Source: Callorhinchus milii
Taxonomy: Eukaryota
Direction of reading: 5' to 3'
NCBI RefSeq assembly: GCF_018977255.1
Contig: NW_024704742.1
Location: 102,798,001 to 102,862,000, forward strand
Length of the DNA: 64,000 nt
In this document: piece by piece, positions 63,201 to 64,000 of the stretch
How positions within the stretch are numbered: position 1 is the stretch's first letter
Layout of the letters: each line of letters begins with the position of its first letter
Position numbers and translations under genes: made by a program
The notes under the pieces: model-generated
Told to the model about the DNA's origin: nothing
The model's database searches: none
The model's input: only the letters and a program-made list of their open reading frames with translations

Positions 63201-64000
63201 AGGTAACATACACACTCCAAGATGACAAGACAATGAAACAAACCACTAGAAGCTGTACAGGCTGTGTCCTTGCTAGAATGCACATCTGTAAATAGAATTA
63301 ATATTTGAAAGGCAGCAGGGAAAGCTGTATACAAGCACGTTGCAGACAGTAGAACATTTAAACCGGACTACAGGATTGATGGAATAGAACAAATTAGGAC
63401 TGGCTATTTTACAATAGATTTTACAAACATTATAATCCTAGTTAAATCTTCCAGATATCATTTAGCAAAGAGTGTTTTAATTCATCTTCCTCCACTCCAT
63501 CACTTAATCTGACAAGAAAGGTGCGTGTCTGTAATATGTAGACACCTGTGATTTCTCAGTGGGTAAATGCAGTGGTGTGGCACTTACAAGATACTGTGTT
63601 GAGAAGACCGAATCTCACCTCAGGTCACTTGCCAACATCCACTGAACATAGGCTCTCAATTGCAAGCTTCAGAAATAATTTGTAAAAAGTCTGGAACTGT
63701 GCTTGGTCACAGATCTCTTACTAGGTGCTGAGATTACAAATTGGAAGTCAAAACCTAGATTCGAATCAACAGAGTTCCAAGGGGGCAAAACCAGGATGTG
63801 CAGGCTTTGCTATTTACTAATTCGGCTATAAATTCACCCACTTCAGCATTAGCAAATTGATCCAATGGGGATTTTCTTTTAGTCTTTGGATCTTAGCCAG
63901 TACAACATGTTGCCAAATTTTAAATAATCCCATTGTTTTAAAACAAAACAAGCATATAAAGCACCACTGCATTACCACAAAAATGGTTTCAGAAAGATAA

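Overview
This is vertebrate genomic DNA, most likely a cartilaginous fish (chimaera-like), judged from the SINE2/L2/CR1 repeat landscape. Two host genes lie on the minus strand: the last coding exons and 3' UTR of AP3S1 (about 43-59 kb) and coding exon 1 of laeverin/LVRN (2.3-2.9 kb), the same order as in mammals. AP3S1 also has a 59-nt cassette exon giving an alternative C-terminus (TFIFQSPRQDR*). Between the two genes I read a heavily decayed, multi-exon KIAA0825/DUF4495-like pseudogene (about 20.4-33.2 kb). There are also two LTR retroelements that share a tRNA-Ser primer-binding site. One is a complete 2.1-kb non-coding element with a 4-bp TSD just upstream of LVRN. The other is an internally deleted endogenous retrovirus whose nearly intact gag is fused in frame to the integrase zinc-finger region. 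The rest is nested L2/CR1 LINEs, tRNA-derived SINEs, Tigger-type DNA transposons and MITEs, a Penelope-type hammerhead-like motif and simple repeats. All homology calls come from by-eye comparison with remembered sequences; no database search was run.
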